Assembly: GCA_965649825.1 (NCBI GenBank) | Contig: OZ287711.1 | Location: forward strand, 1 to 25,000 | DNA: 25,000 nt | Source: Penicillus capitatus | Lineage: Eukaryota > Plantae > Chlorophyta | Direction of reading: 5' to 3' | Part shown: piece after piece, positions 10,807 through 20,913 of the stretch | How positions within the stretch are numbered: the stretch's first letter is position 1 | Layout of the letters: every line of letters begins with the position of its first letter | Notes under the pieces: generated by a model | The model's input: the letters and a program-made list of their open reading frames with translations, nothing else | The model's database searches: none | Told to the model about the DNA's origin: nothing | Program-made: the position numbers and the translations under genes

Positions 10807-10811
10807 CAACA
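10807..10811. repeat. Target-site duplication CAACA (right copy)
   Basis: Matches 9295-9299. Confidence 0.9.
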
Positions 10812-11552
10812 CATGACCCATTATCATTCATTTCCTGCGAAAGTGAAACATCCGATTTTTACCCTTATTGGAGCATCGGTCAGGATCCCGACACTTGATA
10901 ACAAGAGAAAACTGGATTGGCAAGATCTTGACTACTCAGAGTGCTTGCGACAACACGTGTCCTTGTGCTGCTTCAAATGGCTTCTTAACACACCGATGAA
11001 CGCATTCAATGAAATGATCATTGCAATACAACCTGAAGACTGATTGAGCGCGTGGATGGGCAGCCAATTGATAGAATCAATCCGGCCATGCGATCCAATC
11101 TTCAGAGAGATAAGCACAAAGGAGGTTTCTTCGCCTCCAAATGCTCGTTCAGCTTCTCAGAAGAAACATTCGTCATCGTTTCACGTTCCCTGTCGAATCA
11201 AAATTGATTCGAGAGAAGGCAACACGCATCTCGTTACTAGATATCATTGAAAGACAGCGTCGACGAATTCGTCATCGACATAGAAACGAGTAGATGATGC
11301 CTCCTCCATTCAACTTGAACGAATGGTTGCATGTGGAAATCTTCTGCAATGATGGCGACAGATTTCTCTGGCGCAAATAAAGTCACATCACGCCAAACGA
11401 AACGACGGCTACCCTGTTTACGCGATCGCTGTACAAACAATCATTATCTCATGGTCGTTATGCTGTTGCCAAGCATAGGCGAGGCGAGTTATGAGCACCT
11501 CTGAGTCGGAAGACGAACTAGAAGAACGTATTTGGCTACAGAAGTACTGTGA

Positions 11553-11571
11553 CTCTCTCTCTCTCTCTCTC
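11553..11571. repeat. (CT)n microsatellite
   Basis: Nine CT units read directly. Confidence 0.9.
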
Positions 11572-12239
11572 GATTTCCAAGATCAACGGCTTGCGTCTTA
11601 CCTGAGCCAATGTTGGAACGCTGTGGCCACTCTCTTCGACCGGTATGCACATATGCATAACGACGGCACTAGGAGACACCGTCACGCAAATTCTCTTTCT
11701 ATGAAATTGACAGTCGCAATCGAGAGGCCCTTGGCGAGAGACTCGACCAATTTTCCATACCCGCGCATTGGGACAAGATCTCTTTTCGAGATGACGTGAC
11801 CTGGAGAGCAAAGGAACCGCGTTCAGCAACCGAAGGATAAGACTTTCCGTGCTTCCGAAGTGATTTTGAGAATTCCGGATGTTGCAAGCGATTGTGATAG
11901 ACGGAACAGCTTACGTGCTAAAAGTGAGGGTCGAATTCACCACACGTTGTCCCGTTAAAATACAGCACTTAGCTTCTGATGTCCCATCAAAGGACATCTG
12001 TCCCCTTCCGGGTCACAGCAGCTTCGGATTACGTAAACGTTTCTGCCGAACTTCGTCTATAATCCCTTTTTATCTTACACCGCGCTTCGGCGCTGCAAGT
12101 TTCCTCCGCTTCTGAAGATATCCGACTTAGCCATTTCACTTCAAGGCGACTTAGCAGGAAGCCACTCGATATGCTCGACACGGACACACACGACAGTGTC
12201 CAAGAGCGTTGCCGTTCGTTTTCCTGTACACGACAAGGA

Positions 12240-12941
12240 ATGAGAGTAACAGTTCTCAAACAGAACAGCACGACTCTCATTGCCCGCTGCTCCGAGGACG
12301 ACGCCGTCATTGATTTGAAGCGCAAGATATGGGATAAGGACGATGGGTGCTCAGTCGATCTCTACCGTTTGGTTTTTGGTGCTAAGACGCTGCGAGATAC
12401 AGACCGTCTCAGAGACATCGGCATTCAAGACGCATCCATCGTGCATTTGATCTTCAGAGGCGTTGGAGGAGGCGCGTCCCTTTCTGCGGTAGCCTTCAAC
12501 TTCGCCAGCTTGGAAAGCGGTGGCAACAGGCTTTTCCGCAAGAATGCTCCGAAATACAAAGTTATCCGTCATGGATTTAATCTGAAGGGTCGCTGTACGA
12601 ACGTGGAGTGTCAAGCTTATGGGCAACTGGCATGGAGCAACCTTGGATTCAGTCGTTCTCCGGAAGAAATCACGTCGGCTTTTGAGACTGCCGGGTTCAA
12701 TATTGGTTCTCTGCTCCACGAGACACCCTGTCCTCTTTGTAAGGACATGCTAGACCCTGACTCCATCGTTTCCTGTGGATTCTTTCGATGCCGCTACTCC
12801 TATGAAGGTTTTCAGAAGGGCAAGAAGTCTGCCATCAGAGGGAGAGGCAAAGCAAGCGACCGCGATGGGTTCGAGTACCATGATGGCATGATGGAGAGCA
12901 AGACTTGGACATCTTTGATTATTGCCGTCGAGCGCATATAG
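12240..12941 (+). CDS. Ubiquitin-like domain fused to a Cys-rich (putative Zn-binding) domain of unknown function, 233 aa
   Basis: Intronless ORF. The N-terminal ~78 aa has ubiquitin-fold hallmarks (MRVTVLKQ...DLKRKIWD...YRLVFGAKTLRDTDRLRDIGIQDASIVHLIFRGVGG). The C-terminal domain has CTNVEC, CPLC and CGFFRC. Met at 12240 is preferred over 12171 because it aligns with the ubiquitin Met1 position. Confidence 0.8.
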   Translation: MRVTVLKQNSTTLIARCSEDDAVIDLKRKIWDKDDGCSVDLYRLVFGAKTLRDTDRLRDIGIQDASIVHLIFRGVGGGASLSAVAFNFASLESGGNRLFRKNAPKYKVIRHGFNLKGRCTNVECQAYGQLAWSNLGFSRSPEEITSAFETAGFNIGSLLHETPCPLCKDMLDPDSIVSCGFFRCRYSYEGFQKGKKSAIRGRGKASDRDGFEYHDGMMESKTWTSLIIAVERI

Positions 12942-15053
12942 AATGCCGTTCAAATATTTACTCGATCTGTTTCTTGATAACGTCATTTTATTCAGGAAAA
13001 TCAACTTTTGCCGGAGTGTTGTACTTGTATGATCCACTATCGTGTTGTTCTGAAGAGTAAGAGGATTTTTTCGTTTTCAACATAGGATCTTCCATATCTC
13101 GTTATCTAGAATATCGACTGAATCAGTGGCACCACCCTTCAAATCCTTATCTTGCCACTGAAGCAAGTTGGCGGCGTCCCAATGGACGTAAACGCAGTCG
13201 TGACACTGTCACGTTTTCTTAAATGGGTACTGGATACATATGCGGGTTTACTGTGACTGGAAACTGTATCTTCGAGGGTGTTTGTTGCACAAAACGATTT
13301 GTTTGATTTGATCATCTGTAAGATCACTTCGACTCAATTATTCTAATGGCAACAGAAATCTCTTGTGGGTTTCTGTTCGTTCTCTCTCGATTCGTCGGCC
13401 GCAAAATGCCTCTTGCTTTCGACTTCTGTCAGATTTTACAGACTCTTACGCGTCTTCATTAGATAACATGAAGTCGATAAGGTCAGCGCTCTTAGCTAAA
13501 TCGCCTCTTCATTTAATGTCCTTTAGAGTAGCGCAAATTTCGTCTTCTTATGCGCCGAAGTGGCTTTGAAAAATCAACTGTGAAGTTAAGAGCAAAAAGC
13601 TCCTTACATAAGAAGACCTAATAACAAATGATTCTTCTGGCAAGGCATCAAAGGAACAAAACTGTCCCCAAATCTAATAGGCTGCCTCCATGAGACAAAA
13701 GAGTTTCTGATTAGAGCGAGCTTTCGTGGCGAACTGACGAAAATGGCAATGAACTGGAGCATCTGAACAGCGATGCAAAACGTATCGTTCCAGTTGTCAT
13801 CTGACAGACAAGATGTCTCATGTTTGTGCCACATTGTTGAATAGCTAACGCCTTCACCGTGCACCATCGACATAACTCTGCCGAATACAATGAATCGGTT
13901 TGGTTCTGCTAGCAGCGTGAACTCGTATGTTGATATCTCGCAATTTGTTAGTGCTTTTATAGCGAGTGACTCTCGATTTCTCGTATCCGCCAATATGCTC
14001 TTCATTCTGTCCGTGCATGACAGAAAACACACAAAATTCAAGCTCAAGTTTCTTCCACATTCGAAGAGGATAGACAGGAAGACCGCCGCTCGACTGAAAC
14101 CGCAACGTGCATTCTCTTCCACTCCAAACATGTGTCAGTTCTAGTAAGGTGGGTTTTGGAATCGCTGCAACGTGTCTTTCGACGAATATCGGTGATTCTT
14201 GAGCACAGAGGCATACCGTCTTTCCTTAAGATTAACGGCGCGATTCATAAAACCGTCCGTATGATGCGTAATCTAACCTTTCTGCGTCTCCTTTGAACAC
14301 GTGCCATAATGACATTCATTCCAAAATCTACTGGGAGTAGGATGACCGTTTCATCGAATGAGAATGAAGCAAATCATTTCCAATGCGCTATTCCCGAAAT
14401 CCCACGAGGCGAGTAAGAACTTCAAACGCACTGAAGTAGTTTGTGTCTTTAACGCACACCAATCAAGAAAGAGATCTCTTCCGTTGTTGAATCACTTCAC
14501 ACCTATCCGTTTCTGTTTTCAATCCCTACTGCCACGTAAACGCCATCGGGATTGCGAGGCGCGAGTTTTGTCAGGTGTCCTACCTGCATTCGGACATGAA
14601 AAGAGAAACAGTTTTACGGTGACAGTGAGAGAGGGTGACACAGAAGACAGTTTCTGCTCTACGGGTAATCCGGCAGGCGAAAGGATTGTCTCTTAAGAGT
14701 ATTTGGAAAATGACTGGGCAATGGGTTCCAGGAAAAGATGTCATTCGTCATGCTGCCAATCACCACCGCCACATTCCCAATCCGCGAATGCTATCATCTC
14801 CATGTGATCTCATATCTCATCGAAGCAAAGAGAGAGTGAGAACACAGTGTCTGCTGGCAGTGACCTTACTGGAACCGTTGAAAGGACACTGGAGAGCAAC
14901 AGTTTGGACTTCAAAGTAAAGAACGAAGTGAAAACGAACACGAAGCAATGATGAGAAGACAAGAAGACAGGTTTCTAGGAAAGGCCACCGAAGTCGCCGT
15001 CAAATGTCACGTCAAGGTAGGGGTTTGTGTAGGGAGGGACTTAAGAGTAAAAA

Positions 15054-15427
15054 TGCCCCTGTCCGTAGACGAAAAACGGTTCAACGTAAGCGTAAACTGA
15101 CCGCTGAATGGCGGTGCCCCCTGTCCGTAGACGAAAAACGGTTTCTCATAGGCGTAAACTGACCGCTGAATGGCGGTGCCCCCTGTCCGTAGACGAAAAA
15201 CGGTTTCTCATAGGCGTAAACTGACCGCTGAATGGCGGTGCCCCCTGTCCGTAGACGAAAAACGGTTTCTCATAGGCGTAAACTGACCGCTGAATGGCGG
15301 TGCCCCCTGTCCGTAGACGAAAAACGGTTTCTCATAGGCGTAAACTGACCGCTGAATGGCGGTGCCCCCTGTCCGTAGACGAAAAACGGTTTCTCATAGG
15401 CGTAAACTGACCGCTGAATGGCGGTGC
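15054..15427. repeat. Tandem minisatellite, 6 x 62 bp
   Basis: The unit GTCCGTAGACGAAAAACGGTTTCTCATAGGCGTAAACTGACCGCTGAATGGCGGTGCCCCCT starts at 15061, 15123, 15185, 15247, 15309 and 15371. Copies 2-6 read identically (copy 6 ends at 15427), and copy 1 differs in one internal patch. Confidence 0.95.
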
Positions 15428-15567
15428 TCCTCCCCTTTCATGGTAAATTAAGCAACTGCACTCGCAGCGTCGGATACATAAGCACCATTGCAAGTTGTTT
15501 TTATTCCTCTTTCTCTCGCTCTTTACTTTCCTGTGTATCTCTGCGGAAATCCGTGCTTCATCGAAGC

Positions 15568-18500
15568 ATGAAACTCATAATTTCCTTCTTTTTCTTGTTT
15601 TTGACCACGGTTCACGGCATACGCGGAAAAGGGCACGTCACTGAAGATGACATTTCAAACAAAGGTCGACCCTGTGACATTCACCGCGTGGTTGGCGAGG
15701 ACTTACTGCTTCAGAATCGCTTTCTTTTTTGTCTCTTCTCATGTTCCTCTATGCAATCGAGGCAAATATAACCGTCGGTAGAGATACTGATATTTTCTGT
15801 TCTAGGACGCCGCATGACACAAGATGCAAGTGACACGAGCCGAGTGCCTTCCAACGTTACGTTAAGGGAGGCGTTCAGAAATCTGCGTCGCGGTCAAACC
15901 GTCGTCTTGGAGAATAGAAACTATGCATTCCAGATAGCATTGAGGATCGATGTCCGCGATGTCACACTCCTCGGCGACGCGGGAGGCCGAACAGTGATTA
16001 CTTGTCCCCCTGACGACAGCGCTGTCCTCATACGGTTAGACGACTCAGACACTCACTCAGTCGCCGTTCTTGACCTTTGGCGCTGTTCCTGGTCGACAGG
16101 TCGTCGAATGTGACGATTTCGGACATAACATTCCAAGACTGTCGAGACGTTTCGGCCGTGGTGGTGGAGAACGATCCCGATGATGCTTCCAGGACAACCA
16201 GCGCAGTCTTCGAGAGGGTGTCATTCAAAAACAACACTCAGGGACGGCAGACGGCGACAGGGTCGTTCGCCCTGGCGCAGCCAATGGGAACGCTGACCAT
16301 CCACCCATGCTCTTTTGTGGAGTGCAGTGGACCGATGCCGGAGGCGGAGGTTCGGCATTCGACATTCGAGGACAACGAGGCTGACCAAGGCGGAGGCATT
16401 CACTGTGCCAGATGCAAGCTGCGGATCGTGAACTCCACGTTCAGCAGCAACCGGGCTCTGTCCAATGGAGGAGCCGTTTTTGCGCGAGATGCAGGGACGG
16501 TGGTGGACATCGTCGACTCCTCGTTCGTCGACAACACAGTGACGCAGGACGGCATACAGTTCGAAGTCGCACGCAGCGACGGCCGTCCGATAGAGCTCGT
16601 GAATCACTTTACTTTCAATTTCCCCAGTAATGGCGGCGGCGCCCTTTTTATTAACTCCGTTGCAAATCTCTCAGTGGCTGGGTCTTCGTTTCTGGGCAAC
16701 CAGGCCCCAAGTGGAGGAGCCATGAAGTCCATTATCGTCGAAAGCACTCTCTCATCGAGTACGGACAGATCCTCCGTGCTCGTTGTGAACAGCACGTTCG
16801 AGCAGAACCACGCCAGTGTTCCGGATTCAATGCCAGTCCAGTACACCGAGGACAGCATCGGAGGCGCAGTCTACTTCGTATGCAGTGCGGAGAACTTGGA
16901 CAAATGGAGGTTCGACAACTGCACCTTCAGAAGCAACACGGCGCGTCACGGAGGCGCTCTCCACGTGGTCGCACTTCAGCAGAACGCACTGACGATGGAC
17001 GACTGTCTCTTCGAAGACAATCGAGCGGAGGAAGCGGGAGGAGCTGTGATCCTGAGGAACACTGGCGCGTTCGAGACAAACGCCTCTGCCTGGTACAGAA
17101 ACGCGGCGAATCTTGGCGGAGGCATCCTGGTGACGAACGGGGCAAACTTCAGAACGCGGGGCCTGGCAGGTCTTATCAGCGACGGACGCGTTGGCAGGTC
17201 GACTGTGCTCCACGAAAACAGCGCCGTCTACGGAGGAGGCATCATGTGTGCTGGGTGCGGAGAGATGACGCTGCTCGACGCCAACATCACCTTCAACGTT
17301 GCAAGCGATTCCGGCGGCGGTCTCTACGTTCTGGACGCGCCAGATGCGATATCCATACACCAGTCTCTGTTCGCCAGCAACGTGGCGTATCAAGGGGGTG
17401 GCATCGCTCTCAGATCTGCTGCCTTCGTGTCCTTCAGAGTGACCCAGCCGTCCCTCTCGAACATCCTCGTGAACAACACAGCCGTGGTCGGAGGAGGTCT
17501 CTTCGCAGAGGCGAATCGACAGCGACAAAACAAGCTCTCGGTACGTCTGCTCCCTCCCGAGTACGTGCTGCTAAGTACTCGTGTCGCTTGCAGATCACTA
17601 GAACCCGATTCGAACGGAACCGAGCCGTGCGGGTCGAGGACCTGGGATTTCCGCTCGCCAGAGACCAATCGGAAGCGGCAAACGACACCGGCGGCAGGTC
17701 GCTGCTCCAGCAAGCTGCACAGTCGGACGGTCTGTCGTCCACTGCTTCCCCTTCCTTCACCTGCGGAGAGGGCGGCGGCGGCGGCATGTGTCTGGTGTAC
17801 AGCGTCCTGCCAGAGAGCTCGATCGGCGACGTCATCGTCACAGGAGTGGCCTTCGATGGCAACGTCGCTTCCATAGGAGGTATGCCTGTTCGCAGACCGA
17901 AACCACTCGTCGAGGCGTCCTTCTAGGCGGTGCCTCCGTGCAAGTGGCCGGAGACGGCTGGAACCGACATCTTCAGAATAACTGTCCGGAGATCCGACCA
18001 ACGACGGAACCCTGTCGACTCTTTCGGCTGGTGAACGTCACCGCGACGGGAAACGTTGCCCAGTACGGAGCGGGAGGATGGTTTGTCTCCCATCCAGAGT
18101 CCGTTCTCGTCGGATGCGACGCGCTCGATCCAGAGGGATGGGTGGATCTGCTGTCCGCGTCGAAGTCTGATCGGCTGTCGAAAGAGTACTGTCTGCGACT
18201 CCGGAACAACACTGTTCTGGTGACAATCGCCGATCTCACTACCGAGTCTCCTGTTGATCGCTCGCATGTGTTCAGGACGCGGATGGAGAGTACGGAAACG
18301 ACATTGCGAGCGGTGTCTACTCGCTGAAGCTGCTGAACCCAACGTCTCCAATCGTCAACCACACGGGCGGAAAGACGCTGATTCCTCCGTGCCCCAGTCC
18401 CGAAGACTGCAGCAAGAGCGAATCGGATGGCATCAGAATCGCCGTCAAGGATGCCTTCAATCAGACAATCACTGGCGGCGTTGCGGATGCAGGTAAGCTT

Positions 18501-20789
18501 CTGAGTGATGGGCACCGTCTTACCGAGGTTCATTGACAGAACTGCAAGTGCTCTTGGTGTCGACGGCTATTGTCGGAGAACAAGATTATCTGGCGACGAA
18601 AGGCATATTCAACGTGAATAATACTTTGGGAATTGGCATTGGAAGTACCTCCGAGATTATTTTTCGTTCTGGGGGTCTGAAAACAAACTTGACATTCTCT
18701 ACCAGGGAATGCTTTCCGGGAGAGATCGAGGCAAGCAATGAGTGCCAGCTCTGTCAAACAGATCAGTATTCCTTCAATACCTCCAGCATCTGCAGTGACT
18801 GTGAGAATCGTGCCAAATGCAGTGGTGGATCCAGTCTTGTCCCAATCGATGGTTATTGGCACTCGACTCCCTTCTCTCCACAGTTTCACGAATGCATCAT
18901 TAAAGAAGCTTGCAAACGTACTGACCGCGAGACAGTTTTGAGAGCGTACTATGAAGACAATGACAAGATTTCTGCTGAGATCGCCACATTGAATGCATAC
19001 ATATCAAACGATGGTGGAACGACGCAGCGGCCGTCATACGATGACTACATTCAATGCTCCGACGGATACAGTGGTATTCTGTGTGGTTCCTGTGAAGCAG
19101 GTTATGGGCACTCTGCTGGTGGCGAGTGTATCAAGTGCCTGAAAAGCAGAGGACTATCAATCATGATCATTTCCGTTTCAACACTGCTTAACCTTTTGCT
19201 ATTGATTTGGACAGTAAACTCGACGCTAGAATTGTTCGAAAACATACTTCAGACTAGCAGACAACAAGCCAACAGAACACCGCCGCCTCCCGGACAAGCC
19301 AACAGAACACCGCCGCCTCCCGGACAAGCCAACAGAACACCGCCGCCTCCCGGACAAGCCAACGGAACACCGCCGCCTCCCGGACAAGCCAACGGAACAC
19401 CGCCGCCTAGCAAGGTTTGTTAATTCTCTCTTTTCATTGAACACGATCACTTCTTTTTTCTTCAGATTCTCGCCAACTATATTCAAGTCACAAGTTTGGC
19501 GATGAATATCAATGTGGACTGGCCAGGTATCATCCGGCATTCTCTCAGAGTACAAGGTGAGACTGGCGAAGCGTAATCTCAGAGTGCTCTAATGTAGATG
19601 TTTTCTAGATTTCGCAATGATGCCAGCCGTCGGAACATACTATGTTCCAATCGAATGCACATTCGAAGAGAATGTCCACGGCGAGAATGGACCCGACACA
19701 GTCAAGGCTTTCCTCCTCCGGATTTTCCTACCTGTCTGCATTAATGTATTGATTGTCATTGCAGGATGTCTTTTCATTGGGCTGTGTCAAAAAGCCTGCG
19801 GGAACTGTTTCTTTGGTAAGCAGCGCCAGACTATCATGCTCCAAATGAAAACAATCATCCCTATCGCCTTATATGCCACTCTCTCTTTTTCCTGGAGCGA
19901 TCTTTCGTTGGAATTGATGAAGGCATTTAACTGTATTGGAGTGGATGAGACACAGTCTGACCCACCAAATGAGTATGATCTTTATGCTTTAGAAAAGGAC
20001 TCTGTCTGGGTAGAAGATCCCACTCTATATTGTTCCGAAGGCGATCATAGAGTGGTGAAGCGTGTAGGAATTGCTGGTTTTGTCATTCTCCCTTTACTGA
20101 TGGTTTTACTTGTATTTTGGATAGCAATAGATTTGACAGTAATTGACAATCAAAATGCCACTTCTGTCGGCAGTAGCAAGAATAGTATGCGTTTGTCAGA
20201 GAAAATCCGCCATGGAACGAAAAAACTGGGTGCGACAGCAGCAGATATCTTCGCCAATAGAGATACCTCTTCTAGAGACGATAATAATAGTGAAATCTCT
20301 GAGTTTGCTGTAGCTTTCCTCGCGCAAGAAATTCTCAGCGCACTGAGGAAAGTGCTTGTGGCAGTAGCAGTTGTCCTTGCCGCGACGAGAGGGTCTAATC
20401 TTCAGGCCGCCCTGATTTTAGGAATCCTTTGTGTTTTTCTAGCCGCTCACCTGTTTTCTAGACGTTTCATGGTTCGCGAATCTGAAAATCCCAGCTGTTC
20501 AAACAGTGACATCGGGTTGCGCTCAGTGGCCAAATGGGGAAGATCGAGTCATGGATTGCACGCTTTGGAGTCTGCATCACTGCTTGCATCGATCTCGGTC
20601 TTCCATTCAGCTATTGTGTTTGGCGATCCCGAGACATCAGAAGCACTAAAGACGGCACTGGGAGTTATTGTTTTTCTTCTTAATGCACTCTTTGTGTTCT
20701 CTATACTCTTTGTTATCCTTTTCCCTCAGGAAGAAGAAGAGGAAAAAAAGAAGAGGAAAAAAGAAGTTCAGCGCCCAACAAACCAGTAG
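15568..20789 (+). CDS. Large surface protein: signal peptide, Pmp-like parallel beta-helix repeats, Cys-rich (GCC/TNFR-like) repeats and a multi-pass TM anchor (1,569 aa by hand model); paralogue 1
   Basis: Exons 15568-15664, 15806-16034, 16100-17540, 17594-17879, 17927-18219, 18276-18492, 18540-19414, 19466-19556 and 19609-20789 total 4,710 nt, with all introns GT-AG and in phase. Repeated FxxN...GG[A/G][I/L/V] motifs (FEDNEADQGGGIH, FSSNRALSNGGAVF, FRSNTARHGGALH, FEDNRAEEAGGAV). Cys repeats CFPGE..CQLCQTDQYS..CSDCENRAKCSGG and CSDGYSGILCGSCEAGYG. The TM region starts LSIMIISVSTLLNLLLL and ILANYIQVTSLAMNINVDWP. Confidence 0.88.
19265..19408 (+). repeat. Coding tandem repeat, ~4.8 x 30 bp, encoding (G)QAN(R/G)TPPPP
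   Basis: The unit CAAGCCAAC(A/G)GAACACCGCCGCCTCCCGGA repeats in frame at the end of exon 7. Confidence 0.95.
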
Positions 20790-20908
20790 AGTTTTGTAGG
20801 TCCACTTTTTTTATATTTAGTCACGAAGTTTAGCTTTCCTTTCTTCGAAAGACCGGGAGCACGAGGACATATCAGCAACAAATTTACCACGTTCATTTCT
20901 ATGAAAAC

Positions 20909-20913
20909 TGTAA
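20909..20913 (+). promoter_or_regulatory. Candidate chlorophyte-type polyadenylation signal TGTAA
   Basis: About 120 nt downstream of the paralogue-1 stop. TGTAA also occurs about 110 nt downstream of the PAN gene stop (7637-7633, minus) and inside the LTR. A pentamer can occur by chance. Confidence 0.35.

Noticed and set aside
8400-11450. Host gene (WD40-like fragments such as IDSINWLP and IHFSTDGEL) disrupted by the LTR element
   Set aside because: After removing the element in silico, all frames still contain multiple stops. The motif resemblance is too weak to call even a pseudogene.
11491-11830. Short plus-strand gene starting MSTSESEDELEERIW
   Set aside because: The start is plausible, but the splice solutions tried gave no convincing protein, and the ORF runs through a CT microsatellite.
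13100-14920. ORFs 13604-14131, 13854-14105, 14358-14696 and stop-punctuated protein-like frames
   Set aside because: No recognisable domain or supported ATG/splice structure; possibly decayed coding sequence. Needs BLASTX.
15054-15427. CRISPR array
   Set aside because: Units are contiguous and identical with no unique spacers, there are no cas genes, and the context is eukaryotic.
9696-18533. Long overlapping antisense or alternate-frame ORFs (e.g. 9755-10468, 10063-10476, 16827-17528, 16880-17926, 17390-18001, 17973-18533)
   Set aside because: They are shadows of the real coding frame in GC-rich or coiled-coil sequence. The one real segment of 16880-17926 (exon 4) is already in the spliced model.
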